DNA of 64,000 nucleotides from an uncultured Acidobacteriota bacterium (lineage in GTDB: Bacteria; Acidobacteriota; Thermoanaerobaculia; Gp7-AA8): positions 1,152,001-1,216,000 of the forward strand of contig CAWGHO010000001.1 of the NCBI GenBank assembly GCA_963822445.1, written 5' to 3'. Position numbers and translations under genes: made by a program. Position 1 is the stretch's first letter, and every line of letters starts with the position of its first letter. Shown here in pieces: positions 9,702 through 18,984 of this stretch. Under the pieces are notes generated by a model. It was not told where the DNA came from and did no database searches. It worked only from the letters and a program-made list of their open reading frames with translations.

Positions 9702-10978
9702 AACGCATCGCTCTGATTCTGCTGCTCCTCGCCACTCCTCTCTTCGCCGCAACGTCGCGCAACGACGACTCCTGCGACATCGGACTCTTCCCCGCGGCGA
9801 CGCTCCTGCTCCCCTATTTCGAAGTCGACATCGCCTCGCCTGAAGGCAGCGGCGAGACCACGATCTTCACGGTCACGAACACGAGCCCACTGCCGCAGGC
9901 GGCGCGGGTCACGCTCTGGACCGACTTTGCCTACCCGGTGACCTCCTTCAACATCTTTCTCACCGGCTACGACGTCCAGAGCGTCAACCTGTACAACGTC
10001 ATCGTGAAGGGATTGATCGAAGAAACCGGCAGTGACGTATCGCCGCGCGGGCCCACTTCCTCGGCCGATAACAACAGGTTGAACGAGGCCAGCTGCACGG
10101 ACATCCCCGCGCAACTGCCGGCCGCGTTCCGCGAACGGATGAAGAGCGCCCTCACCCTGGGCAAGGCACCCGCCATCGGCGAAGGGGAGGCGTGCAACAC
10201 GGCCGGTGGCGTGCACACGAACGCGATCGGGTACGCGACCATCGATGTCGTCGGCGTCTGCTCGGCCACGCGGCCGATCGACGCGGTCTACTTCACGCAC
10301 GAGATCCGATTCGACAACGTGCTCATGGGCGACTACATCCAGGTCAACGGCGCGGAAGATTTCGCCCAGGCCAATCCCATGGTGCACATCCGGGCCATTC
10401 CCGAGGGCGGTGAGGTTTCCACGCGCCGCAAGACGAACATGCCCCGCACGTTCTACAGCCGCCTGCAGAGCGGCGGGACCCTCGGCGCCGACGGACGGCA
10501 GCCGCTCCCGGCGAAGTTCGGCGCGCGCTGGATCTCAGGGGGCGCGAATGGCTTCGACACGTTCTACAAAATCTGGCGCGAGTCGAAGGCTACGTCGCAG
10601 GCGGTCTGTTCGGCGTATCCAGCGGGGACCCATCAGTCTTTCGCGCCCGTCCGCTTCGACGAAGAGGAGAATCCCGAGACGATATCTCCACACACCGGCA
10701 CTCCCCCCGGTGACGTGACCCCGAGAACGCTTGCGACGAGCCTTTCCCGCGTGGACGACGAGAGCCGTTTCCCGCCGAACACACACGAAGCCGTCGGCGG
10801 CTGGATGTACCTCAATCTCGACGACGGACGCGACGACACGATCGCCAGCCAGAACTGGGTCGTGGCGTCGATGCGTGTGGAAGACCGGTTCTCCGTCGAT
10901 ATTGAGGCTACGCAACTTGGCAACGGCTGCACGCCGGCCGAGACTGGTATCGAGGAACTGGCCGCCCGCGGGAACTGA
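9698..10978 (+). CDS. Secreted paralog family protein, copy 8
   Basis: GTG start at 9698 (GTGA overlap) after AGGAGG; MKRIALILLLLATPLFAA signal peptide; same motifs. Confidence 0.9.
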   Translation: MKRIALILLLLATPLFAATSRNDDSCDIGLFPAATLLLPYFEVDIASPEGSGETTIFTVTNTSPLPQAARVTLWTDFAYPVTSFNIFLTGYDVQSVNLYNVIVKGLIEETGSDVSPRGPTSSADNNRLNEASCTDIPAQLPAAFRERMKSALTLGKAPAIGEGEACNTAGGVHTNAIGYATIDVVGVCSATRPIDAVYFTHEIRFDNVLMGDYIQVNGAEDFAQANPMVHIRAIPEGGEVSTRRKTNMPRTFYSRLQSGGTLGADGRQPLPAKFGARWISGGANGFDTFYKIWRESKATSQAVCSAYPAGTHQSFAPVRFDEEENPETISPHTGTPPGDVTPRTLATSLSRVDDESRFPPNTHEAVGGWMYLNLDDGRDDTIASQNWVVASMRVEDRFSVDIEATQLGNGCTPAETGIEELAARGN

Positions 10979-11009
10979 TTTCTTGACATTCCTGCGCTCG
11001 GGGCGGACC

Positions 11010-11027
11010 ATGTTAAAAATTTGACAT
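11010..11027. promoter_or_regulatory. Putative BlaI-family operator overlapping the repressor start codon
   Basis: ATGTTA-AAAATT-TGACAT; TTGACA at 10983-10988 upstream; a perfect second copy at 12863-12880. Confidence 0.6.
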
Positions 11028-11415
11028 GAGCCCGACCGAACCCAAAGGCCTCAGCCGCCGCGAGCGCCAGATCCTCGACGTCATCTACCACCTCGGACGC
11101 GCCAGCGCGTCCGAGGTGCTCGAGCGGATGGCCGATGCTCCGACGTACACGACCGTGCGCGGTCTGCTGCGCGTGCTCGAGTCCAAAGGCCACGTCCGGC
11201 ACGAAGAGGAAGAGGGCCGCTACGTTTACTTCCCGACCATGACCAAGCAGCGCGCTGCGAAGAGCGCACTCACGCATGTGGTCAGCACGTTCTTCGATGG
11301 CTCGCCGTCGCAGGCCATGGCGGCGCTCCTCGGCAGCGAACGCCGTTTGAGCGAAGACGAGATCGAGCGGCTGGCTGAATTGATCGAGCGCGCTCGCGAG
11401 AAGGAGAAGTCGTGA
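11026..11415 (+). CDS. BlaI/MecI/CopY family transcriptional repressor
   Basis: LSRRERQILDVIY...YTTVRGLLRVLESKGHV...YVY...FFDGS signature; followed by an M56 gene. Confidence 0.92.
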   Translation: MSPTEPKGLSRRERQILDVIYHLGRASASEVLERMADAPTYTTVRGLLRVLESKGHVRHEEEEGRYVYFPTMTKQRAAKSALTHVVSTFFDGSPSQAMAALLGSERRLSEDEIERLAELIERAREKEKS

Positions 11416-12835
11416 TTCTGAAGATCACGCTGGTCCTGCTCGCGGCGCTCGTTGCGTCCGCGTTGTTGCGCCGCGCCGCGGCGGCGACGCGTCACGCGGT
11501 GCTGGCGGCGGGGCAAATCGCGGCGCTTTGCTTGCCGCTGCTCACCTTCATCGTTCCGCCGGTTACGGTTTCTGCCCCCGGTGTAGTGTGGGCCTCCGGC
11601 CTACCTCTCGTTCCCCCGCCCCAGGGTAGGCCGGAGGCCCACACTACACGCGCGATCCGGGTGACAGACCTTTGGGGCTCCTCGGCATCCTCGCCATCGC
11701 GCTGCTTCGCATCACGAGCTACCTGCGCGCGGCGGCCGTCGTTCGCCGCGCCGAATCGTTCGGCAACGTGTTGCTCAGCGATGAAGTCGATCAGCCGATG
11801 ACCTTCTTCACGCGCATCATCCTTCCGCGCAGCGCGAGCTCCTGGACGGACGAGCGGCTCCGCGCCGTGCTCCTTCACGAAGGCGCGCACGTTGCGCGGC
11901 ATGACACGTTCTTCGGCATGGTCAGCGATGCGCTCTGCGCGATTTACTGGTTCCATCCGCTGGCCTGGCTGACCGCGCGGCGCGCGCGGCTCGAGCGCGA
12001 GCGCGCTTGCGATGACGTCGTGCTCTCGCAGGGCGTGGGGCGCTTCGATTACGCCGCGGCACTGCTCGATGTCGCGCGGACCGTTCGACGCCGTCACGCC
12101 ACCGCGGCCATCGCCATGGCTGAGCGTCCGCATCTCGAACAGCGCGTGCGGGCGATCCTCGACTCGGCGACGAATCGCCGCGCGACCCGCGCCGCGCGCA
12201 CCGCCGTCTTCGTCACCGTTTTCGCGACCGCGCCGTTGCTCGCCGCGCTGACCACGATCTCCATTCCGCTTCCGCGCTCCGGCGAGCCCGATCTGCTCAA
12301 CGATGCCGTCACCTCTCCGTTCAGCGAGCGCATCGGCGCGCCGTTGGTGAGTGTGTCCGCGAGCGGGCCCGATGCGGCGTTCATCGAGACGATGCAGAAG
12401 GTGGCGACCATCGCGCCGCGGACCTCGATCGACTTCGTCGCCGATCGCGCGCGATGGGCGCTGGCGCAGGTGAATGACGGTGAGCTCGTGACGCCGCTGA
12501 TCGACGCGCTCGACCACAGCGACTGGCGCGTCCGCGCCTACGCCTCCTGGTGCCTCGGCCTCAGCGCGGACCGCCGGGCCACGGACCCGCTGGTGGCGAT
12601 GCTCGAGGATCCCGTCTGGCGCGTGCGCGCATCGGCCGCGGACGGTCTTGCCCGCCTCGCCGATCCCGCAGCCTCCGCCGCCATGCGCCGCGCGCTCAGC
12701 GACGATGCCTGGCAGGTGCGCATGCCGGCGGTGCAGTACTTCGCCGCCATCGGTGGCAGCCGTGAATTGTTCGAGACCATGCGGCGCGACCGGCACATCG
12801 CCGTGTGCATGACCGCCGAGGAGGCTTTGCGATGA
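11412..12835 (+). CDS. BlaR1-like M56 metallopeptidase with C-terminal HEAT repeats (frameshift near 11675)
   Basis: Two overlapping ORFs (11412-11801, 11672-12835) join into TM helices + VLLHEGAHVARHD...YWFHPLAW...RERACDD, then D..WRVRA.AA..L HEAT-like repeats. Confidence 0.85.
11581..11649. repeat. Perfect 25-bp inverted repeat (REP-like) inside the M56 coding region
   Basis: GTGTAGTGTGGGCCTCCGGCCTACC (11581-11605) and its exact reverse complement (11625-11649). Confidence 0.85.
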
Positions 12836-14334
12836 AACGGCGTTCCCTTTTTTTGGCTCTGCATGTCACTTTTTTGACATCAACCCTTTCCGCGCAACTC
12901 CCCGAGCTCGACACGTACATCGAGAACGCCCGCAAGCAGTGGGAGTGTCCCGGCATCGCCGTGGCCGTGGTCAGGGACGGCAAGGTTCTGATGACGAAAG
13001 GCTACGGCGTCCGCACGCTCGGCAGGCCGGAGCTCGTCGACGAGAACACGATGTTCGACACGGCGTCGCTGTCGAAGTCCTTCACCGCTGCCGCGATCGC
13101 CACGCTCGTCGACCAGGGAAAAATGCGCTGGGACGATCCCGTGCGAAAGCATCTGCCCACGCTCGAGTTTCCCGATGCCTATCGCAGCGCGAACGTCACC
13201 GTCCGCGACCTCCTCGCCCATCGCATCGGTCTCGAGCCGGCGAATTTCATGATGCGCATGACGAACTATCCGACCGAGGAGGTGCTGCGGCGGGTGCGGT
13301 TCCTCGAGGAGCGCGATCCGTTCCGCAGCACGTTCACCTACTTCAACATCGGTTACGCGATCGCCGGTGAAGCCGCCGCAGCGGCCGCAAAGATGTCCTT
13401 CGCGGATCTGGTCCGCACGAGTCTCGTCGAGCCGCTGGGCATGCGCGACACGACCGTCGCCGTCGATCACGCGCGCGCGTCGAATCACGCTTCATCGCAT
13501 GCGCGGATCGACGGAGTGCATCAGCCCATTCGCACGCGCAAGCGGATGAACATTCAGGGCGCGAACGCAGTGAACTCCACGGCCAAAGACATGGCCAGAT
13601 GGCTGCTCTTCAACCTCGGCGACGGGACGTGGGAAGGAAAAAAGATCCTGACGCCGGAGGCGCTCGCCGAGATGCATTCGCCGCACTCGATCATCCCCAC
13701 CACCCCGGCCATGCGCGCCGCGCGCGGCGTTCACTTTTTCGGCGGGTACGGTCTGGGATGGCAAGTCATGGACTATCGCGGCCACAAGATGCTCTGGCAC
13801 AGCGGCAACGCCGACTGCATGCCCGTGTACATGGCCATCCTGCCGAACGAGAAGATCGGCGTGCTGGTGATGACGAACAGCTGGGAAGCGGGAACGCTGC
13901 ACGGCATGATCGCCGGCCGCATCCTCGACACGCTCCTCGGCGACGTGCCGCTGAAGGATTCTGCGGCCGAAGGCCTGGAGGGATTCCGCAACGCGGCGAA
14001 GCGGGCTGTCGAGGAACGCGAGGCAGTCGAGAAAGCGCGCATCACCGGCACGAAACCCTCGCGGCCGCTCGATGCCTACGCCGGGACTTACGTCGACACC
14101 ATGCATGGCGACATGGTCGTCAAGCATGAAAACGGACGGCTGACGCTGACGTTCGGCGGCGGCGAGCAGGCCGATCTCGAGCACTGGCACCACGACGTCT
14201 TCAGCGTCCGCTGGCACGACCGCGCCTACGAGTGGGCGGACACGTTCATCGCCTTCGCACTGGACGCGTCAGGGACGCCGAAGAGGTTCGAGATGAAGTT
14301 GTATCGGGACCTGATCGAGGCGGTACGGCGTTGA
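12832..14334 (+). CDS. Secreted serine hydrolase, beta-lactamase/class C-like, with a DUF3471-like C-terminus
   Basis: ATGA overlap at 12832; signal peptide; SLSK (SxxK), YFN and WHSG motifs; LDAYAGTY C-terminal domain. Confidence 0.9.
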   Translation: MKRRSLFLALHVTFLTSTLSAQLPELDTYIENARKQWECPGIAVAVVRDGKVLMTKGYGVRTLGRPELVDENTMFDTASLSKSFTAAAIATLVDQGKMRWDDPVRKHLPTLEFPDAYRSANVTVRDLLAHRIGLEPANFMMRMTNYPTEEVLRRVRFLEERDPFRSTFTYFNIGYAIAGEAAAAAAKMSFADLVRTSLVEPLGMRDTTVAVDHARASNHASSHARIDGVHQPIRTRKRMNIQGANAVNSTAKDMARWLLFNLGDGTWEGKKILTPEALAEMHSPHSIIPTTPAMRAARGVHFFGGYGLGWQVMDYRGHKMLWHSGNADCMPVYMAILPNEKIGVLVMTNSWEAGTLHGMIAGRILDTLLGDVPLKDSAAEGLEGFRNAAKRAVEEREAVEKARITGTKPSRPLDAYAGTYVDTMHGDMVVKHENGRLTLTFGGGEQADLEHWHHDVFSVRWHDRAYEWADTFIAFALDASGTPKRFEMKLYRDLIEAVRR

Positions 14335-14359
14335 CAAAAATGCTGATACGGCATAGTTT
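14331..14359 (+). promoter_or_regulatory. Sigma70-like promoter with the same operator, upstream of copy 9
   Basis: TTGACA (14331-14336), ATGCTG-ATA-CGGCAT (14340-14354), TAGTTT (14354-14359). Confidence 0.7.
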
Positions 14360-14370
14360 AAGGCCTCGAT

Positions 14371-15744
14371 ATGCCCATAAAGCATCGCGGGACTGTCCTC
14401 CTCCTCCTTTGTCTCGCTGCCCCGATGGTCTCCGGCGCCACGCCGACGATCGATAACGACTCCGGCTGCGACATCGCCCTCCTTCCCGCGGCCACGCTGC
14501 TGCTGCCCTATTTCGAAGTGGACATCCACGCGGAGGCGGGCAAAGGCGAGACGACGATCTTCACCATCACCAACGTCACGAACCTTCCCCAGATCGCGCA
14601 TGTCACGTTGTGGACGGACCTCGGCTATCCGGTGATCGACTTCAACCTCTATCTGACCGGCTACGACGTGCAGAGCATCAATCTGTACGACGTGATCGGC
14701 TGGGGCCAGATCGCGCCCGACGACGGCACGGGCATGGATGTATCACCGGTCGGGGATTTGTCGGGGCCTACGCCGACGCTCGACAACGACAATCCGCTCG
14801 CGATCGAGGCGAGCTGTGTCGATCTGCCGGTCGAGCTTCCTCGCCGCTACGCCACCCTCATGCAGCAGGCCTTCACGACGGGGAAAACGACACCCCTGAC
14901 TCTCGGCCAGCCGGTCTGCGAGCGGATCGGAAACGTGCACCTGAATGCGGTCGGCTACGCCACGATCGACGTGGTCAGCAATTGCACAACCGCGCTGCCG
15001 ACGCAGAGCCGATACTTCGAGAACGAGATCCTGTTCGACAACACCCTGGTCGGCGACTACCTGCAGTTCAACGGAACGGACGGCGCGGCCCAGGGCGGAC
15101 CGATGGTTCACATCCGCGCCATTCCGGAAGGTGGAACACCGCGGACGCGAGCGGACAACCCGGCGTATCAGGTCAACTTCCCGCGCACGTTCTACAGCCG
15201 CTATCAACTTCCGTCGAAGCCGCGGTTCGATGCGCGGCAGCCGCTGCCCGCGCTTTTTTCGGCGCGGTTCATCTCCGGTGATTACGGCGAGCGAACCCTT
15301 CTGAAGGTCTGGCGCGAAGGACGCGAGAGCGGCACGGCGTGCGGCGCTTACAAGGTCAACCTGATGAACATGAGCGATGTGGTTGTCTTCGACGAAGAAG
15401 AGAACCCAGCCACCATCGTTCCCGGCCCGTACTTGCCCGGGCCGTCCACGGATCCCCTCCTGCCCGCGACCTCGACGGTCGACGTGGAAGGGCCGGTTCT
15501 CATTTTCTCCTCGCCCGCGTTCCAGAACGACAGCGGCTGGCTTTACCTGAACCTCGACTACGACAGATACGACGCCTTCGCAAGCCAGAACTGGGTCATC
15601 TCATCGATGCGCGCAGGTTCCACCTACACCGTGGACATCCCCGCATCCGCCCTCGGCAACGGATGCTCCGCGCCGATCAGTTACAGCCAAGCCTCCAGCC
15701 GCGACGGCACCGTGATCGGCCCGCCACCGAACACGAGGCCATGA
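14371..15744 (+). CDS. Secreted paralog family protein, copy 9
   Basis: 457 aa; signal peptide; NDSGCDIALLPAATLLLPYFEVD...GWLYLNLD...LGNGC. Confidence 0.9.
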   Translation: MPIKHRGTVLLLLCLAAPMVSGATPTIDNDSGCDIALLPAATLLLPYFEVDIHAEAGKGETTIFTITNVTNLPQIAHVTLWTDLGYPVIDFNLYLTGYDVQSINLYDVIGWGQIAPDDGTGMDVSPVGDLSGPTPTLDNDNPLAIEASCVDLPVELPRRYATLMQQAFTTGKTTPLTLGQPVCERIGNVHLNAVGYATIDVVSNCTTALPTQSRYFENEILFDNTLVGDYLQFNGTDGAAQGGPMVHIRAIPEGGTPRTRADNPAYQVNFPRTFYSRYQLPSKPRFDARQPLPALFSARFISGDYGERTLLKVWREGRESGTACGAYKVNLMNMSDVVVFDEEENPATIVPGPYLPGPSTDPLLPATSTVDVEGPVLIFSSPAFQNDSGWLYLNLDYDRYDAFASQNWVISSMRAGSTYTVDIPASALGNGCSAPISYSQASSRDGTVIGPPPNTRP

Positions 15745-17102
15745 CCATGCGCGCGGCGATCCTCACAATCCTCATCGCCGTTGGCCTTTCCGCCGGCGCC
15801 GCCGATGCCACGATCGACAACGATGCCGGTTGCGACCTCTCGCTCCTTCCCGCAGCGACGCTCCTTCTCCCGTATTTCGAGGTCGATCTCGCCTCCGGGC
15901 CGGGGCTGGGCGAGACCACGATCTTCACCATCACCAACGTCGCGAACATCCCCCAGGCCGCGCGCGTGACCCTGTGGACCGATCTGGGTTACCCCGTCAT
16001 CACCTTCAACATCTATCTCACCGGCTACGACGTGCAGAGCATCAATCTTTACGACTTTTTCGCGCGAGGCCGGATCGCGCCGAACGACGGGACCGGTTCC
16101 GATGTCTCTCCGGTCGGCAAGCTATCCGGCACGTCGCCAACCCGCGACTTCGACAACCCGCTGCTCGCCGAATCCACTTGCGTCGACTTCCCGGTGCAGC
16201 TGCCCCCGAATTACATCTCCCCCATCCAGCGGACATTCACCACAGGCGATGTCGACCCTCTGCCGCATGACCGGACACGGCCGGCATGCCAGAAGATCGG
16301 AGAGCCGCATGTGAACGCGATCGGTTACGCGACCATCGACGTCGTTGGCACGTGCACGTACACGTTGCCTAACGAGCCCCGCTATTTCTCCGACGAGATC
16401 CTGTTCGACAACGTCCTGACCGGCGATTACGTGCAGCTCCGGGGCAAGGACCACGTCGTCCAGGCCGGTCCGCTCGTGCACATCCGGGCCATTCCCGAGG
16501 GGGGCTCGGCGCGGTCGCGGGTGGGCGACGCCAGGTATCTCAGCCGGTTTCCGCGGACGTTCTACAGCCGTTATCAGCATCCCGAGCGCCCGCGCAGCGA
16601 TGCGCGTCAGCCGCTTCCGAGCGTCTTCGTCGCCCGTTTCCTCGGCGGCCGCCGCTCCGAACCTCAGTCCTTCCTGAAAATCTGGCGCGAAGGCCGCGAA
16701 TTCGGCACGGCTTGCAACGTCTACTCCTTGCGAAACCGGACGGCACTCACCGAGGTGATCCGCTTCGACGAGGAAGAGAATCCGTCCACCCACGCACCGT
16801 CGAACAGCCCTTATGACCAGCCCCCCAACGTCCCGTTGGCCTTCATGACCGATGTCAATCGCGGCGGCATCGTCCCGTCGTACTCGGACGAACCCAACGG
16901 CTGGATCTACGTGAACCTCGACGGTTACTACGACAACGACAACATCCCCACGCAGGGCTGGGTCATCTCGTCGATGCACTCGGGCGGATATTCGGTCGAC
17001 CTGCCCGCCACTGCCCTGGGAAATGGATGTTCAGCGCTGGTCGCACCCACCGACCACGACGGCACACCACCCATCGGACCGGCGCCGAACGTGAGGCGCT
17101 GA
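15741..17102 (+). CDS. Secreted paralog family protein, copy 10
   Basis: ATGA overlap at 15741 (alternative ATG at 15747); signal peptide MRAAILTILIAVG; same motifs. Confidence 0.9.
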   Translation: MTMRAAILTILIAVGLSAGAADATIDNDAGCDLSLLPAATLLLPYFEVDLASGPGLGETTIFTITNVANIPQAARVTLWTDLGYPVITFNIYLTGYDVQSINLYDFFARGRIAPNDGTGSDVSPVGKLSGTSPTRDFDNPLLAESTCVDFPVQLPPNYISPIQRTFTTGDVDPLPHDRTRPACQKIGEPHVNAIGYATIDVVGTCTYTLPNEPRYFSDEILFDNVLTGDYVQLRGKDHVVQAGPLVHIRAIPEGGSARSRVGDARYLSRFPRTFYSRYQHPERPRSDARQPLPSVFVARFLGGRRSEPQSFLKIWREGREFGTACNVYSLRNRTALTEVIRFDEEENPSTHAPSNSPYDQPPNVPLAFMTDVNRGGIVPSYSDEPNGWIYVNLDGYYDNDNIPTQGWVISSMHSGGYSVDLPATALGNGCSALVAPTDHDGTPPIGPAPNVRR

Positions 17103-17105
17103 GGC

Positions 17106-18446
17106 ATGCGTATCTTTGTTCTTCTTCTGCTGACCGCCGTCACGTTGTCCGCAGGTGCATCGAAGGTCAACAACGACGCCACCTGCGACATCGCCCAACT
17201 CCCTGCCGCAACGCTGTTGCTGCCGTACTTCGAAGTCGACCTCAGCTCGGGGCCGGGAGCCGGCGAGACGACGATCTTCACCATCACCAACGTCACGAAC
17301 CTCCCGCAGATCGCCCATGTCACGTTGTGGACGGATCTCGGGTATCCAGTGATCGACGTCAACATCTACCTGACCGGTTACGACGTGCAGAGCATCAATC
17401 TCTACGACCTGTTGAAGTTCGGCTGGGTCGCGGCGCCGGACGGAACGGGTTCGGACGTGTCGCCGGTTGGGAGATTGTCGGGAATCCCGGACAGGAGCGA
17501 CTTCGATAACCTGAACGCCGATGAGTCGACGTGCATCGACCTGCCCGTGCAACTGCCTCGCGTCTATGTCGACCGGATGCAGCAGGCCTTTACCACCGGC
17601 AACGCCGGTCCGGCGGGCAAGTTCCGCTCCTGCCAGAAAATCGGCAAGCCCCATCGCAACGCGGTCGGATATGTGACGATCGACGTCGTCAGCATCTGCA
17701 GCACCACGATGCCGATCGACCAGCCCTACTTCACCAGGGAGATCCTGTTCGACAACGTGCTCACCGGCGATTACGTGCAGTTCAACGGCACGACAAAGAC
17801 CGCGCAGGGCGGGCCACTCGTTCACATCCGGGCGATTCCCGAGGGAGGAACGCCTGGCTCGCGGCGCGTGCCGGAATACAAGGTCCATCTGCCCCGGACG
17901 TTCTACAGCCGCTACCAGCCTGCGTCGCAGCCCCGTTTCGACGCGCGTCAGCCTCTCCCCTCCGTGTTTGCAGCGCGATACATCTCCGATGCCGGTCAAC
18001 GGACGTTCCTGAAGATGTGGCGGGAAGGGAGCGAGGTCGGTACCGCATGCGAGGCTTACTCGCGGAACGAGCGGTACGTCGCCGATGTGGTGCGCTTCGA
18101 TGAAGAGGAAAACGCGGAAGGCGTGTTCGTCTTCATCAACGCCCAACCACATGTCGCGCTCTTTCCGTTTCTTCCGCTGACCTCGATTCACGACATCGAT
18201 GATGGCGGCGTGTTCCCCGACAGTCCCGGCGGGGACGGCGGCTGGCTCTACCTGAACATGGACTACGACAACCGCGACGACTTCGCCGGCCAGGCCTGGG
18301 TGATCTCCTCGATGCGCGCCGGCAATGGCTTCTCCGTGGACATGCCCGCAACACCTCTCGGCAACGGCTGCTCGGCGCCGGTCGACCTCTCCGAAGGCTC
18401 ATCGGGCCTCGCGACGATCGGCCCCGCGCCGAACATCCAGCCCTGA
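17106..18446 (+). CDS. Secreted paralog family protein, copy 11
   Basis: 446 aa; signal peptide; same motifs. Confidence 0.9.
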   Translation: MRIFVLLLLTAVTLSAGASKVNNDATCDIAQLPAATLLLPYFEVDLSSGPGAGETTIFTITNVTNLPQIAHVTLWTDLGYPVIDVNIYLTGYDVQSINLYDLLKFGWVAAPDGTGSDVSPVGRLSGIPDRSDFDNLNADESTCIDLPVQLPRVYVDRMQQAFTTGNAGPAGKFRSCQKIGKPHRNAVGYVTIDVVSICSTTMPIDQPYFTREILFDNVLTGDYVQFNGTTKTAQGGPLVHIRAIPEGGTPGSRRVPEYKVHLPRTFYSRYQPASQPRFDARQPLPSVFAARYISDAGQRTFLKMWREGSEVGTACEAYSRNERYVADVVRFDEEENAEGVFVFINAQPHVALFPFLPLTSIHDIDDGGVFPDSPGGDGGWLYLNMDYDNRDDFAGQAWVISSMRAGNGFSVDMPATPLGNGCSAPVDLSEGSSGLATIGPAPNIQP

Positions 18447-18462
18447 GAGTACGATTCGGACC

Positions 18463-18984
18463 ATGCAGTCCGACATCGAGCGTCAGGTCTTCGCCATCAC
18501 CCGTCCGGCCCCGGCGCTGATGAAGTACTACGTCATCGCCTCGCTGCTCTTCGGGCCGATGATGCCGTTCGGCCTCCTCTACTACTACTTCCGCTACCAC
18601 ACCATGCACTTCCAATTCGACGAGGAAGGCATTTCCATGCGCTGGGGGATCCTCTTCCGCCGCGAGATCAGCCTCACCTACGCGCGTATTCAGGACATTC
18701 ACCTGACCAGCAATCTCGTCGAGCGCTGGCTGCGTCTGGCGAAGATCCAGATTCAAACCGCCAGCGCCAGCGCGGCCGCGGAGATGACGCTGGAAGGGCT
18801 GCACGAGTTCGAGCTCGTCCGCGATTTTCTCTACTCGAAGATGCGCGGCGTGCGCGGCGCCGTGACCGCGCAGCCGGAAACGCAAGCGGCACAAGGATCG
18901 GATCTCGCCGCGGCCCTCCGCGAAGTGGCCAGCGAGCTTCGCGCAGTCCGCGAAGCACTTGCAGAAAAGACGGACAAGCGATGA
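18463..18984 (+). CDS. Bacterial PH domain membrane protein (YdbS-like)
   Basis: TM segment then RYHTMHFQFDEEGISMRWGILFRREISLTYARIQDI...QTAS. Confidence 0.8.
   Translation: MQSDIERQVFAITRPAPALMKYYVIASLLFGPMMPFGLLYYYFRYHTMHFQFDEEGISMRWGILFRREISLTYARIQDIHLTSNLVERWLRLAKIQIQTASASAAAEMTLEGLHEFELVRDFLYSKMRGVRGAVTAQPETQAAQGSDLAAALREVASELRAVREALAEKTDKR

Noticed and set aside
11660-11690. Phase-variable frameshift in the M56 gene (also the permease shifts near 59255 and 59935 and the unclear cheB start)
   Set aside because: Only short runs (TTTGGGG) are present and the window has many similar indels; assembly error is more likely
221-18446. Diversity-generating retroelement or invertase shufflon as the source of paralog variation
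   Set aside because: No reverse transcriptase, template repeat or dedicated recombinase in the window; differences include indels and are not adenine-specific; every copy is a full gene with its own signal peptide
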